Below, piece by piece: positions 9,112 through 18,800 of a stretch of 24,832 bases of DNA; position 1 is the stretch's first letter; each line of letters begins with the position of its first letter. Under the pieces are notes generated by a model. It saw only the letters and a list, made by a program, of their open reading frames with translations. It was not told where the DNA came from and made no database searches. Origin of the DNA: Oligoflexales bacterium (GTDB lineage: Bacteria > Bdellovibrionota_B > Oligoflexia > Oligoflexales > Bog-1112); assembly GCA_045105515.1 (NCBI GenBank), contig JBGCDR010000435.1:1-24832 (forward strand), written 5' to 3'. Both the position numbers and the translations under genes were made by a program.

Positions 9112-10365
9112 CTAGTCTGAACTTGAGCTTTCCTGTAAATTTACTAGTTTTTTCATAATGCTCTCAGGTTTTTCATTGTTTTTTAAGTAGTGCTGTAATA
9201 ATGACATTGCTTTGCTAGAAAATTTGGGGTCAGCATCTCGATCAAAAAATTGTAAAATGCCTTCAGAACTAGACAGTATTTTTTGTCCTTGTCTAAGGAA
9301 GTAATCATCTGCAGTCGATGATTGTATATTCGGAGGCAGCATACCAATTTTAATATTTAATTGAGTTTGATTAGCAGGACGGGCTACGAATGCTAAAAAT
9401 AAAGAGGCACCCTTTTTATTTTTAGCGTTTTGAGGAATCACCAAAACATCTGTGGGAGCATCTTCATATTTTTTCTTTTGCACTTTGTTTAATGATGGAA
9501 ACTGAAAAAATCCAATGTCGTCCTTAAATTCTTTGGGAATTTGGGCTGTCCAAAAATTTCCCATAAGCATCATGGCAGCTTTCTTTCTATAAAAAAATGG
9601 GAGAGCTTCGTTCCAATCCAATTCAGAATGCTGCTTTAAGAAGTATCCATGATCGTGAATATGTTTTAAGTGTGACAGAGTTCGTTTAACTCTAGGATCA
9701 CTAAATGAGCTTGTCCCCTCTAAGATACTTTGATGAAATTTTCCGCCATTTAAACGCATATTTAGATAATCAAACCATCCAGCTAGCGGCCAGCCATTTT
9801 TTGAGCCCAATGCGAAAGGTGCAATGGCATCTTTGCCTTTTCCTGACAATTTTTCGCAGATTTCCATCAACTGGGCCCAGTTTTCGGGTGGAGTGAGGTC
9901 AAAATCTTTAAAAATCGATTTTCGGTAGTACATACCCCAGTGATATACATGAATGGGAAGGGCGTACTGACGCCCTGAATAGCTGACGACACTTTCAAAA
10001 TTCTGGCCAAATGATTTTTTCCATTGATATTTTGTCCATAAAGGGCTGATGTCATGGATCAAATTTTTGGAGGAAAAGTATCGTAGCTTGTTTCCCGCAA
10101 ACCAAAAAAATATATCACTATAATTCTCATTGTTAGAAAGCAGGTCATTAGCTTTTGCCTTATATTCTTCCTGTTCTAAAGCTTTGATTTTAAGTTCAAA
10201 TTCAGGATATTCTAGCTCGAATTTTTTACCAATTTCATGATAAACCTGTCTTTGCATACCACTAGTAAACATAAATGTAAGGTTTATACTTTCCTTGGCT
10301 GCAAGCCTGTCAGAAAATAGTCCGTAGCTAAAAAATAGTATAAGAGTAGAAAAAATAGGCTTCAT
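9112..10365 (-). CDS. ABC transporter extracellular solute-binding protein, family 1 (carbohydrate-type)
   Basis: YSGRQYALP, GMYYRKSIF, PPENWAQL, KAAMMLMG and DIGFFQFP motifs; signal peptide. Start at 10365 preferred (AGGA RBS) over 10386. Confidence 0.9.
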   Translation of the reverse strand: MKPIFSTLILFFSYGLFSDRLAAKESINLTFMFTSGMQRQVYHEIGKKFELEYPEFELKIKALEQEEYKAKANDLLSNNENYSDIFFWFAGNKLRYFSSKNLIHDISPLWTKYQWKKSFGQNFESVVSYSGRQYALPIHVYHWGMYYRKSIFKDFDLTPPENWAQLMEICEKLSGKGKDAIAPFALGSKNGWPLAGWFDYLNMRLNGGKFHQSILEGTSSFSDPRVKRTLSHLKHIHDHGYFLKQHSELDWNEALPFFYRKKAAMMLMGNFWTAQIPKEFKDDIGFFQFPSLNKVQKKKYEDAPTDVLVIPQNAKNKKGASLFLAFVARPANQTQLNIKIGMLPPNIQSSTADDYFLRQGQKILSSSEGILQFFDRDADPKFSSKAMSLLQHYLKNNEKPESIMKKLVNLQESSSSD

Positions 10366-10652
10366 GACGTTTCCTGTATCGTTCATTATTCAATATTGAA
10401 ATATATGCTCTACTATACCTTAATTGAGCATTTAATTTATAACTCTGGATTATCAAAATACCTGTTGCGCGCGATTTTAACTCCAGTTACGAAGTTTGGG
10501 AATGAACTAATCAAGTCTAAAATATCACTCAATGACCGACAATGAAGCATTATATTGCTTAGGTAGAGTAGAATGGTTTAATAATTGTGAATTATATGAA
10601 TTAAGCAATCGCCATAATAAATGATTAATTACGATCAAACTTATAGGCTGGA

Positions 10653-11078
10653 TCAAGCTGACGGTGAATTTTTATAGAAAAAATTAAGGTCAAAAGCGAT
10701 TTTTGACAAGGCATCGGCAGATGAAAGTTCTTTAAACTGATTATCAATTTGCTCATATCTTAAGAATCTCATTTGGTTGTTAGACATTATTTTAAATATT
10801 TCTTTGACAACCACTTTTTCAGGAATGACTGATCCATAAAGCGGAGAAGCATAGTTGATGATGTTTTTATATAGAGTATGAATTGGTAAGTCTTGGCTAT
10901 CTGTATTCACTACTATATCAAAGGAAAAATCTGGATTAAGATCACCTGAGTTTCTAAATTCATCGATTACACGGGATAAATCAGAACCAAAATCTAAGCA
11001 GCAATACATTAGAAAATCATCGCTTGCGAAAGCATGTTTAAAAGAAAACAAATATAGAAAAATTATAATTTTTTTCAT
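10653..11078 (-). CDS. Small exported hypothetical protein
   Basis: MKKIIIFLYLFSFKHAFA signal peptide; 141 aa; no recognised motif. Confidence 0.65.
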   Translation of the reverse strand: MKKIIIFLYLFSFKHAFASDDFLMYCCLDFGSDLSRVIDEFRNSGDLNPDFSFDIVVNTDSQDLPIHTLYKNIINYASPLYGSVIPEKVVVKEIFKIMSNNQMRFLRYEQIDNQFKELSSADALSKIAFDLNFFYKNSPSA

Positions 11079-11395
11079 TTCATACCATCAGGTTAATACA
11101 AATTATCGAAGCACTAATATAATTATCTTTCTAAAAAGTGCAAGTTTTAAAAAGAGGGCTTTAAGGAGGATTTAACATAAAAAAATATCTTAGAGCTTAA
11201 TGATCGATACTCGTTATTCAAAAAAAAAAAGGAGAAATGAGTGCTTGCTATTCTGCTTGAATAATATGGTCTGTTTTTGAAATTACTAAATAGCAATAAA
11301 AAAAAGGTCATTTTTTTTGAAGAATTTCCGAATATCTGATTCAGAATCTCGAAGTTCTTTAAAAGATACCCGTAAGCATAGAGAGATGAGTAAAA

Positions 11396-11722
11396 ATGGC
11401 CAGATGTTTTAGTTTTAAAAAAAATGTTGGTATTTTCATATTAATTTTAGCAGCTAGCCTAGCTTGCAAACGCAAAATAGACCAGTACCCAGAGGATGAA
11501 GCCCCATTATTACAGTCAAATAGCCCAGCAGCAAAACCTGGTGGGGAAAACAAAGAGAAGGACCAGCTAGACCTTTTGGTTGGTGAGTCGGGACTTCTTA
11601 GTCAATTTAAGCTTACTGAAGATGATTCTGAAGGATCAGCTGATGATTTGGTTGACGCAATAGTCCTTGTGCCAGCTGACGATCAAATTCCTGATGCTTT
11701 CAAAGCCTTTTGTCAGGGATGA
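11396..11722 (+). CDS. Lipoprotein N-terminal part, probably one gene with the downstream EEP ORF (frameshift at ~11708-11718)
   Basis: Signal peptide with lipobox SLAC and an acidic linker. Overlaps the next ORF by 56 bp; removing one base from TTTT or GGG fuses both into a 590-aa protein. Confidence 0.65.
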   Translation: MARCFSFKKNVGIFILILAASLACKRKIDQYPEDEAPLLQSNSPAAKPGGENKEKDQLDLLVGESGLLSQFKLTEDDSEGSADDLVDAIVLVPADDQIPDAFKAFCQG

Positions 11723-13169
11723 CGGTTATGTGTACTTGACACTCCAAAGAGAAAATTCTCCTTCTCTTGGACTGTCTAATGCTGGAAAAGCTGTAGCAAC
11801 TTTTACAAGGGTTTCTAGCCGCAGAATTCCCAGAAAAGATATAGCAAAAACCTTTGCGTCTCCCGATTTTTATACTCGCCTTTCCAAAGCAAAGAAAACT
11901 GGTTTAAGAGTCCCAGGAGAAACTAGTGAAGCAGCCACAAAAAGATTCGTTCAACGAATGGCAGAATTCAAAAAAACAATTCCAAATGATGTGGATTTGG
12001 ATGACGCTTTTCGCTTATGGGAATACCGAGCTAATAAACTAGGAGTCTTAGATTTTAATGGTCGGCTTAGAGACCTGGAAGTAGAGAATCCAAAGATAAG
12101 TGAACTCTATAATTACAATTTTTCTAAGCTTAAGGACTTCCTAGATAACCCCAAGCTAAAGCCTGAAGATCTTTGGGAATTGCAACAAAGATGGCCTTGG
12201 CCCTCAGACCATCTCCCTGCTTCATCCATTGTTCAGTTTAGTAATGGATTGGCAGTTAAAGCGACTTCAATGAACCTGCTTAAAAAAGGTTTTGATGATA
12301 ATAGATTACAAACATCCCAAGGCCTTGGAGCTCAGCTAGCATCCCGCTACCTTAAACGTGTGGAGGGCCAAAGAGACTTTGTCTTAGATTTTGACAAGCA
12401 ATTTAACCTTCCTATGATCCGCAACGATGCCCAGATGAAATTTATTGATCAGCAAATCACTGCAGGAAAAATCGATCTTCTTGGTCTGCAAGAGGTTACC
12501 CAGGCTCAAGTTGGGGACTTGCAACAAATTGGACTTAGGCACAACTTTGAGGTTATTGACACTAGTTCTGCACGCCAATCTCGTGATGTGGTGACCGATA
12601 ATATTGATCCGGAACTCCAAGATCATGGGGTCATATTCGTAGATAAAAATAAATATGATATCCTCGACGAGCCAGTGACGAGCACTTATGGCTCTGGCGA
12701 TAAGGCTAACAAACATATTACTTCGGTGCTACTACGCGATAAGGAAACCGGTAAAACTTTTACTTTTACCAATACTCATGCTGATTTTGGTAGGATAGTG
12801 GACCTTGCAGAACACCAAAAAAATCTGATTACCAGATGGAAATCTGAAGAATTTAGGGGGCAAGATTTTGAGGGGATTATTGTCGGTGATATGAATGCTG
12901 CTTCAGGTAAAGTTCTAGGAGCCTTAAGTCGATCTTCACCTGAGAAAAAGGTGCAATTTGGGGAAAATACCCCTGCACATGTTGGTTTTTCAGGAGAGGT
13001 ACCTGGAGAAGTGGTTGCTTATGATTCTGTATTTGCAGTTGGTAATACTGCAGATATCAGGATTAAAGAGGATCCTGATATCGGTGTTACTTTCAGAGAG
13101 TATGCCAAAGATTACCGAGATTCTATGGCAAATGCTAGAAATAGGCTAGAAAGAACAACACCCCCTTAA
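11667..13169 (+). CDS. Endonuclease/exonuclease/phosphatase (EEP) superfamily domain protein with permuted motif order
   Basis: TSMNLL (Asn 12273), LGLQEV (Glu 12492), TNTHAD (His 12777), VGDMN (12885-12896) and YDSVF (Asp 13023). PSDHLP lies upstream at 12201-12218. Confidence 0.8.
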   Translation: MCQLTIKFLMLSKPFVRDDGYVYLTLQRENSPSLGLSNAGKAVATFTRVSSRRIPRKDIAKTFASPDFYTRLSKAKKTGLRVPGETSEAATKRFVQRMAEFKKTIPNDVDLDDAFRLWEYRANKLGVLDFNGRLRDLEVENPKISELYNYNFSKLKDFLDNPKLKPEDLWELQQRWPWPSDHLPASSIVQFSNGLAVKATSMNLLKKGFDDNRLQTSQGLGAQLASRYLKRVEGQRDFVLDFDKQFNLPMIRNDAQMKFIDQQITAGKIDLLGLQEVTQAQVGDLQQIGLRHNFEVIDTSSARQSRDVVTDNIDPELQDHGVIFVDKNKYDILDEPVTSTYGSGDKANKHITSVLLRDKETGKTFTFTNTHADFGRIVDLAEHQKNLITRWKSEEFRGQDFEGIIVGDMNAASGKVLGALSRSSPEKKVQFGENTPAHVGFSGEVPGEVVAYDSVFAVGNTADIRIKEDPDIGVTFREYAKDYRDSMANARNRLERTTPP

Positions 13170-13328
13170 ACTGATTTACCTTTCTCTTAATCAACCTAAA
13201 ATTTAAGTGTGGCAAAAAAAGTCAAATTTTTAGATAGTTAAGTCATGCTAAGATTTTTTGATTTGACCTTTATGCTCTAAATGGATAGATTCCGACCAAC
13301 TAAAAATCAAGGTAGTCAGGAGTATCTG

Positions 13329-14147
13329 ATGAGATCATATGTTTTTTTTATGCTGGTGTTGGCTAGTAGCGAATGCTTTGCCATGCCATCTTTGATTGGG
13401 ATAAGAATTTCTTCTATATTTCCGCTTATTTCGAAAGTAAACCTCAAAAGAAATGGTAGGATTTTACCTTTTCGAAATCAATTAAGGTTTGCGCAGACTT
13501 CCAATCAATCCGGGCAAGCTTCCGCTTGGGATAAGGTTTTAAAGGGTGCAGAGTTCTCCGCCCCCGATAAGGCCTTGCTAGGTAAGCTACAACCAGTGGG
13601 CTTAACATTCCTTGCCCCAGTTATTCCCCTCTCTGTTTCACGATCTGTTTCACGAGACATTATCCATATACTGGACATTTCAAAGTCGGAATCAGCCTTC
13701 GTCTATAATCTTGTAAAAGATCACTATTCACTTGATTTTGAGCAAAAAAGCTATAAATGTTCCGACATGTTTCTTTGGTTTGAAAACTTAGGTCCCTATG
13801 TCCTAAAAGTCGACATCGAAGAACAAATTGTTATTAGCGAAGAGTATGATGAAGTATCTGAGAGTTGGAAACAGATGGAAACGTATATTGAAGCACATAG
13901 TGTTGTTATTGAAAAAACCGCTTCTGGAAAGTTTCATTTTTACCAAGCTGTAAAGGGTGAGCTTACTTTGTTTGAATTTATGAACAATGCTGAATTAAAT
14001 GACATTTACTCCGGAAATATTGAAGGTATGAATAAGAAATATTACACAGAAGACGAAGTGAGAATCATATTGGATGTGTATAGTGGCTTGAAGCTTAATG
14101 CTACTATGAGTTCAAGCTTCCCTTTAAAGTTTGGATTAGGGTCATAA
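13329..14147 (+). CDS. Exported hypothetical protein, possibly papain-like fold; probably continues to 14304 via a +1 frameshift
   Basis: CAGGAG RBS before ATG 13329; signal peptide ending CFA; HSVVIEK...FYQAVKG segment. The +1 frame is open from 14140 to 14304. Confidence 0.7.
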   Translation: MRSYVFFMLVLASSECFAMPSLIGIRISSIFPLISKVNLKRNGRILPFRNQLRFAQTSNQSGQASAWDKVLKGAEFSAPDKALLGKLQPVGLTFLAPVIPLSVSRSVSRDIIHILDISKSESAFVYNLVKDHYSLDFEQKSYKCSDMFLWFENLGPYVLKVDIEEQIVISEEYDEVSESWKQMETYIEAHSVVIEKTASGKFHFYQAVKGELTLFEFMNNAELNDIYSGNIEGMNKKYYTEDEVRIILDVYSGLKLNATMSSSFPLKFGLGS

Positions 14148-14300
14148 AGTTGATCTCAAAGTAGGAATCAGATTTTTTAAACGAAGCTCTTCGAACCTGA
14201 ATATTTTATTGAACCTAGAAACTATTCAATCCCTAAGCAAATTGATGGAATCTGCTGAAGAATTAAATGATGTTCCTCTAATTCCAGCTCTAGGATATTA

Positions 14301-14735
14301 CTAAAGGGAACTAGCAGGTGCGATAGGTTGTTCAAGTTGCTTATCTTCAGCAAGTTTAGTGTGTGTATGTTTTGCGTCAGCTTCCGATTTCATTTGGAAT
14401 ATTCTGGTTGCGATCCTCTGAACTGTCTCTGGGCTAGCAACATCTGAAAAAATTATATCTGAAGCGCCTGAACTTAAAGCACGAACAGCATAATCTTTAT
14501 CGAAATTTTCACAAACCACCAAAATTGCGGCATTTGGGTATGCTCTGCGTAATTCGTTTACGATTGAAAGATCGCAATCTGAGTGGCAAAGAAATCCGCT
14601 CAATGATCTGATGCTCAGGCGGCATGATAAAAATTGGTCATAATTGTCGAATGGTATAAGGTTGATCTTGCTATCATATACCTTATCACCGTTTAGACGA
14701 CCGCTAAGTCCGATCGTCACAAGGTTTAAATTCAT
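14301..14735 (-). CDS. Degenerate stand-alone receiver (REC/CheY-like) domain protein
   Basis: LRRAYPNAAILVV...YAVRALSSGASDII matches the C-terminal half of REC domains; GAGGAG RBS. Conserved Lys, Thr/Ser and acidic pocket not evident. Confidence 0.6.
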   Translation of the reverse strand: MNLNLVTIGLSGRLNGDKVYDSKINLIPFDNYDQFLSCRLSIRSLSGFLCHSDCDLSIVNELRRAYPNAAILVVCENFDKDYAVRALSSGASDIIFSDVASPETVQRIATRIFQMKSEADAKHTHTKLAEDKQLEQPIAPASSL

Positions 14736-15086
14736 CTCTAGTCTCCTCTCAGATGACGGATTGTATTTGTTCCAGTTCCCATTACTTATTTCTGATCGGA
14801 ATCTTCTTCTAGGCTCCTTAGCGAAGATTGTTCATGAGATCTAAGCATTAATTTTCTTAATGGATATTTGCTATGAATAGATGCTGCTAAAAACATTACT
14901 ACCTGATTTTTGCAAGTTAATCGCAATTCGGAAACAAAGCTGTAAGAGCTTGAAAGTGTTTTAGAAATAATTGGGTCTTGTTTTGGTAATTTTGTGCTCA
15001 TAACCAATATCTGCCTTAGAGCTTCATTAATATTTCTTTATTCCGAATTGTACTAGGAGCTTATATTAAATTTTAGAGGATTATTT

Positions 15087-15650
15087 ATGAAGATGCTCTT
15101 AATATATGTGCTGGCTTTTTCAGTGTCTGTATTTCCCAAGATGTTGCTGGCAGAAAAAACCAAACCGACCTTCTCAATCGGTTCCGATTTTAAAGCTACT
15201 AGGCTGAGGCTTCCTGAAGCTTTGGAATTTGGTAAGCGTAAGATTGATCGTAAGGCCAATGTGTATGTAGCCCGACCATTTTCTTTTGAAGAAACACTGG
15301 TTTTAGATGATAGATATGTTTCTGCAAATTATCTCCAAGTGTTTGTAGTACATTTGACGAGTTTTACTCCATATGATTCTGAATTTAGTTACGACGAAAC
15401 AAAAGCAAAGGAACTGAGGATGACCTTGCTTTCAAGTCGTAGTAAAGACCGAGGCGACAAAGGCAAGATGTATTTCTTTAGACAAAGCATTAAAGGACAG
15501 ATCTATTATAAATGGATCAGTGTTTTTGGAGATAGTCAGCAAACGGATGTAATTATAGCTCTGTACCCAGAAGAGTTTAATTCGACCTTCGTGCCTACTT
15601 TACTTGAAGGTCTAGCAGAAACTGCCTTTATTTCTGAGGATTCACTATAG
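15087..15650 (+). CDS. Exported hypothetical protein
   Basis: GAGGA RBS; signal peptide ending LLA; 187 aa; no recognised motif. Confidence 0.7.
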   Translation: MKMLLIYVLAFSVSVFPKMLLAEKTKPTFSIGSDFKATRLRLPEALEFGKRKIDRKANVYVARPFSFEETLVLDDRYVSANYLQVFVVHLTSFTPYDSEFSYDETKAKELRMTLLSSRSKDRGDKGKMYFFRQSIKGQIYYKWISVFGDSQQTDVIIALYPEEFNSTFVPTLLEGLAETAFISEDSL

Positions 15651-15693
15651 TATCTTTACATTGAGTCTGTTTACTCCAGGCTTTCCTTAATGG

Positions 15694-15722
15694 TTGACAA
15701 ACTTGCCAATCCTGTTCATGCT
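15694..15722 (+). promoter_or_regulatory. Putative sigma-70 promoter of the pfa-like operon
   Basis: TTGACA (15694-15699), N17, CATGCT (15717-15722), about 95 bp upstream of the probable start. Confidence 0.5.
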
Positions 15723-15817
15723 CAATTCTAGCACATAAAAATTATAGCACTTACATATCGTTGCTCGATTATTAAATTGAAGTTTTCTTTACTATGACTT
15801 TCATCGAAGGAAAAACT

Positions 15818-18800
15818 ATGAATCAAGATATATCCTCTCAAATAGCGATTGTGGGTATAGATGCTATCTTTCCTGATTCAATAGATGCATGTGGATTTTG
15901 GAAGGATATCTTGCAAGGGCAAGCAGCCCATTCGAGTCTTTCTGATGAGCATTTATTTTCAGAAGAGAAAAACAATTGGAATTCTCTTGCTGATAAGAAT
16001 AAAGTTTCTCTTGAATTTGGCCAAGTTTTTAGTCCTAAAAAATCTTTACAAGGAATTTTGACCTCAGAAAACAGAGATCTTTTCGAAAATCTGCAAAATC
16101 TTGCTTTGACCGTGGCACAACGAGTTCTTGAAGATTGTTATGGACCAAAAATCAAGGGTTGTGATAGGTCAAAAATTTCTTTGATTCTTGGATTTACTTC
16201 TGCACGAGAGTTTTTTGAGCAAGTGATCTCCAAACTGCAAAGGCCAATATGGGAACACAGTTTAAGTAGAGCAGGTATCACTGCGGAACAGAGTACAAAA
16301 GCCTGTGATTTAATTTCAAGTTATTATACAGCTTGGCAAGAAAATTCGATTCCTGAATTTATTGGAAACGTATTAGTAGGCCAAATAACTGAGCGTTTAA
16401 ACCTTAAAGCTTCACAGTGTGTTGTTGATACTGCTAATGATTCTTCCTTGGCTGCTATTTTTATGGCTGTGCAAGAATTAAGGCTAAATAGCTCAGATTT
16501 AGTGATTTGTGGTGGAATAAATACCATGAATGAGATTATGCAGATGTCTTCGCTCAATCCTGCAGCAAAGCTTTCTGAGGGTCGAGGCAGTTACCCGACC
16601 ATCGATGACAATTTTGATTTGACCCACGAAAAAGGTTTGGGAATGTTTGCGTTTAAGCGTCTAGCTGATGCACAAAAAGATGAAGATGCTATCTACGGAG
16701 TCATTAAAGGTCTAGGTTTTACTTCGAAAAGTGAAAACAAAAAGGCTAGTGGTATTTTGTTCCAAACTTATCATGATGCCTTGCGCAATGCTCACCGCGA
16801 AGCAGGCTACGAGCCAAGCTCAGTAGGCTTGCTTGAGATCCAAAGAGTAAGTGAGAATGCTGGTGAAAAGACAGAATTCCACGCTTTGCTGCAGGCCTAT
16901 TCAGAATGTTCTGAGCAAGGTACTCTGCCTTACTACACTTTAGGATCAGTGTTACCTTATCAGGGAGGGGCGTATACTTCAGGTGTTGCTGGATTCTTTA
17001 AGGTTCTGATGAGCCTTCATCATCAAGTGCTACCTCCATGTCATCACTTGGGTTCGGATTCAGCATTTACTGTCCATAAAGATGGTTTTTATAGCAAATT
17101 AAAGGCTCGTCCCTGGTTTATTAATAATTTTCATGAAAAACGTCGTGCGTCCATAAGTTCCTTTAGCAACGAAGGGGATAACTATTATCTCACAATGGAG
17201 GAGTACGGAAGCTCTTTGGGAAATCAGAATAACTTATTGAGATCCTGGCCATGCGAGCTATTGGTATGGGGTGCAAGAAACGATGATCTACTCATTGAAG
17301 AACTAAACGCTTGCCTTGCAGAGCTCAAAGAAATGGATGAGCAGGGTCTTACTTGGTTTGCTTATGAGAGCCAAGAAGCATTTGACCCGAGTAATGCAAG
17401 CCGAATTGCAATTGTAGCGAAGGATTTAAATGAGCTAAGTGAAAAGCTTAGGAAAGCGATCAAAGGCCTTATTTCTGGTTCCGCAGAGGATACTGGTTGC
17501 CAGGGTCTTAGGTTGGGCCACGGGCATCAAGATCATAAAATCGGCTTGCTATTTTCCGGGCAAGGAAGTCAATACTGTGAAATGGGTCGCGAACTGGCCA
17601 TATACCTCCCGAAACTTTTTGCTTCTTGGCAGGACCAGTTGGCATGTTTGCCAGAAGCTTATTCTGAACAGTTGATTGGTAAGATTTTTCCCAAGGTATT
17701 TTCAGATTTATCTTCAGATGAAGAATCTCTGTGTGCGGAAAACTTGAGGGATTCCAAATGGTCTCAAGCTGCAATAGCTAGCTTAAGTTTGGCGATGATG
17801 GATTTTCTGCGAAGCTTAGGGGTAAGTGCTCATGCTGCAGGTGGGCATAGCCTTGGTGAGCTTATGGCCTTGTATGCTGGAGGATCCTTAGATGCAAAGG
17901 CTGTCATGCATATTGCCGAAAGTAGGGGCTTATTTATGTCTGAGCTGGCTGCTGGAGGAACAGGAGCTATGCTTGCTGTATTTGCACCAGAAGAAGCCAT
18001 CAAAATTTGTTTGGAAGGTCTGGTCCTTCAAGACTGTTATTTTGCCAGCTATAATGCTCCAAAGTGTCAGGTGATGGCTGGAAGTAAAGAGGCCATGGTG
18101 ATATTGGAGCAGGAGCTTCATAAAAAAGGGATTGTCTCGAAGTTCTTAGCCGTGGGTGCTGGATTTCATTCCTCAATGCTAACAGATCTGGTACCCGCTT
18201 TTGAGGAGTCCTTAAAAAGCATCACTTTTAGTCCTTTAAAAATGAAAGTTTATTCTGGCCGATTTGCATCCCCTTATCCCAAAGATCCTATTGAAATTCC
18301 CACTTTACTTGCATCACAACTTGCACACCCTATACGTTTTCAAAGCATGGTAGAAGCTATGAACCAAGAAGGCTGTAATATTTTTTTGGAGATTGGACCG
18401 AAGCAGTCACTTTCAAAGTTGCTGGATAAGATCCTTGTTGGGAGGCCCTTTACTGCCTGTGCGATAGATAGCTCTCCTTCAGAATCTGGCTTAGCTAAAT
18501 TTTTGGACCTCGTCGGGCTTTTGTTGAGCAAAGGGGTTAAAATAAACACCGAGGTCTTGTGGGAAGCTTATCGAATTCCGAATAAGCCAGAGATGTCCAA
18601 AAAAGGGGAAATAATAGCAAATGAGGTCAATACCAAGGCAGCAGAAGTGATAGAAAAACCCATTTACAAAGATTCTGTATCGCCGGAAAAACCTCAATCT
18701 AAGCCGAGTATCGACCAATCCGTTGCAAAGGAAAAAATCATGCCAAAGCAAGAAGAGCCCGTTGAAGAATCTTCAGTACAAGCATCAGATTTTTTAGAGG

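Noticed and set aside
11720..11779. TGA readthrough or alternative genetic code at 11720
   Set aside because: The same frame hits TAA within about 20 codons, and the EEP motifs are in the +1 frame.
13218..13270. Inverted repeat gtcaaat...atttgac upstream of the 13329 gene
   Set aside because: Only 7 bp with a long spacer in very AT-rich DNA; not distinguishable from chance.
14786..15007. 73-aa minus-strand ORF in the divergent intergenic region
   Set aside because: No recognisable motif or clear RBS, and it overlaps the likely promoter of the receiver gene.
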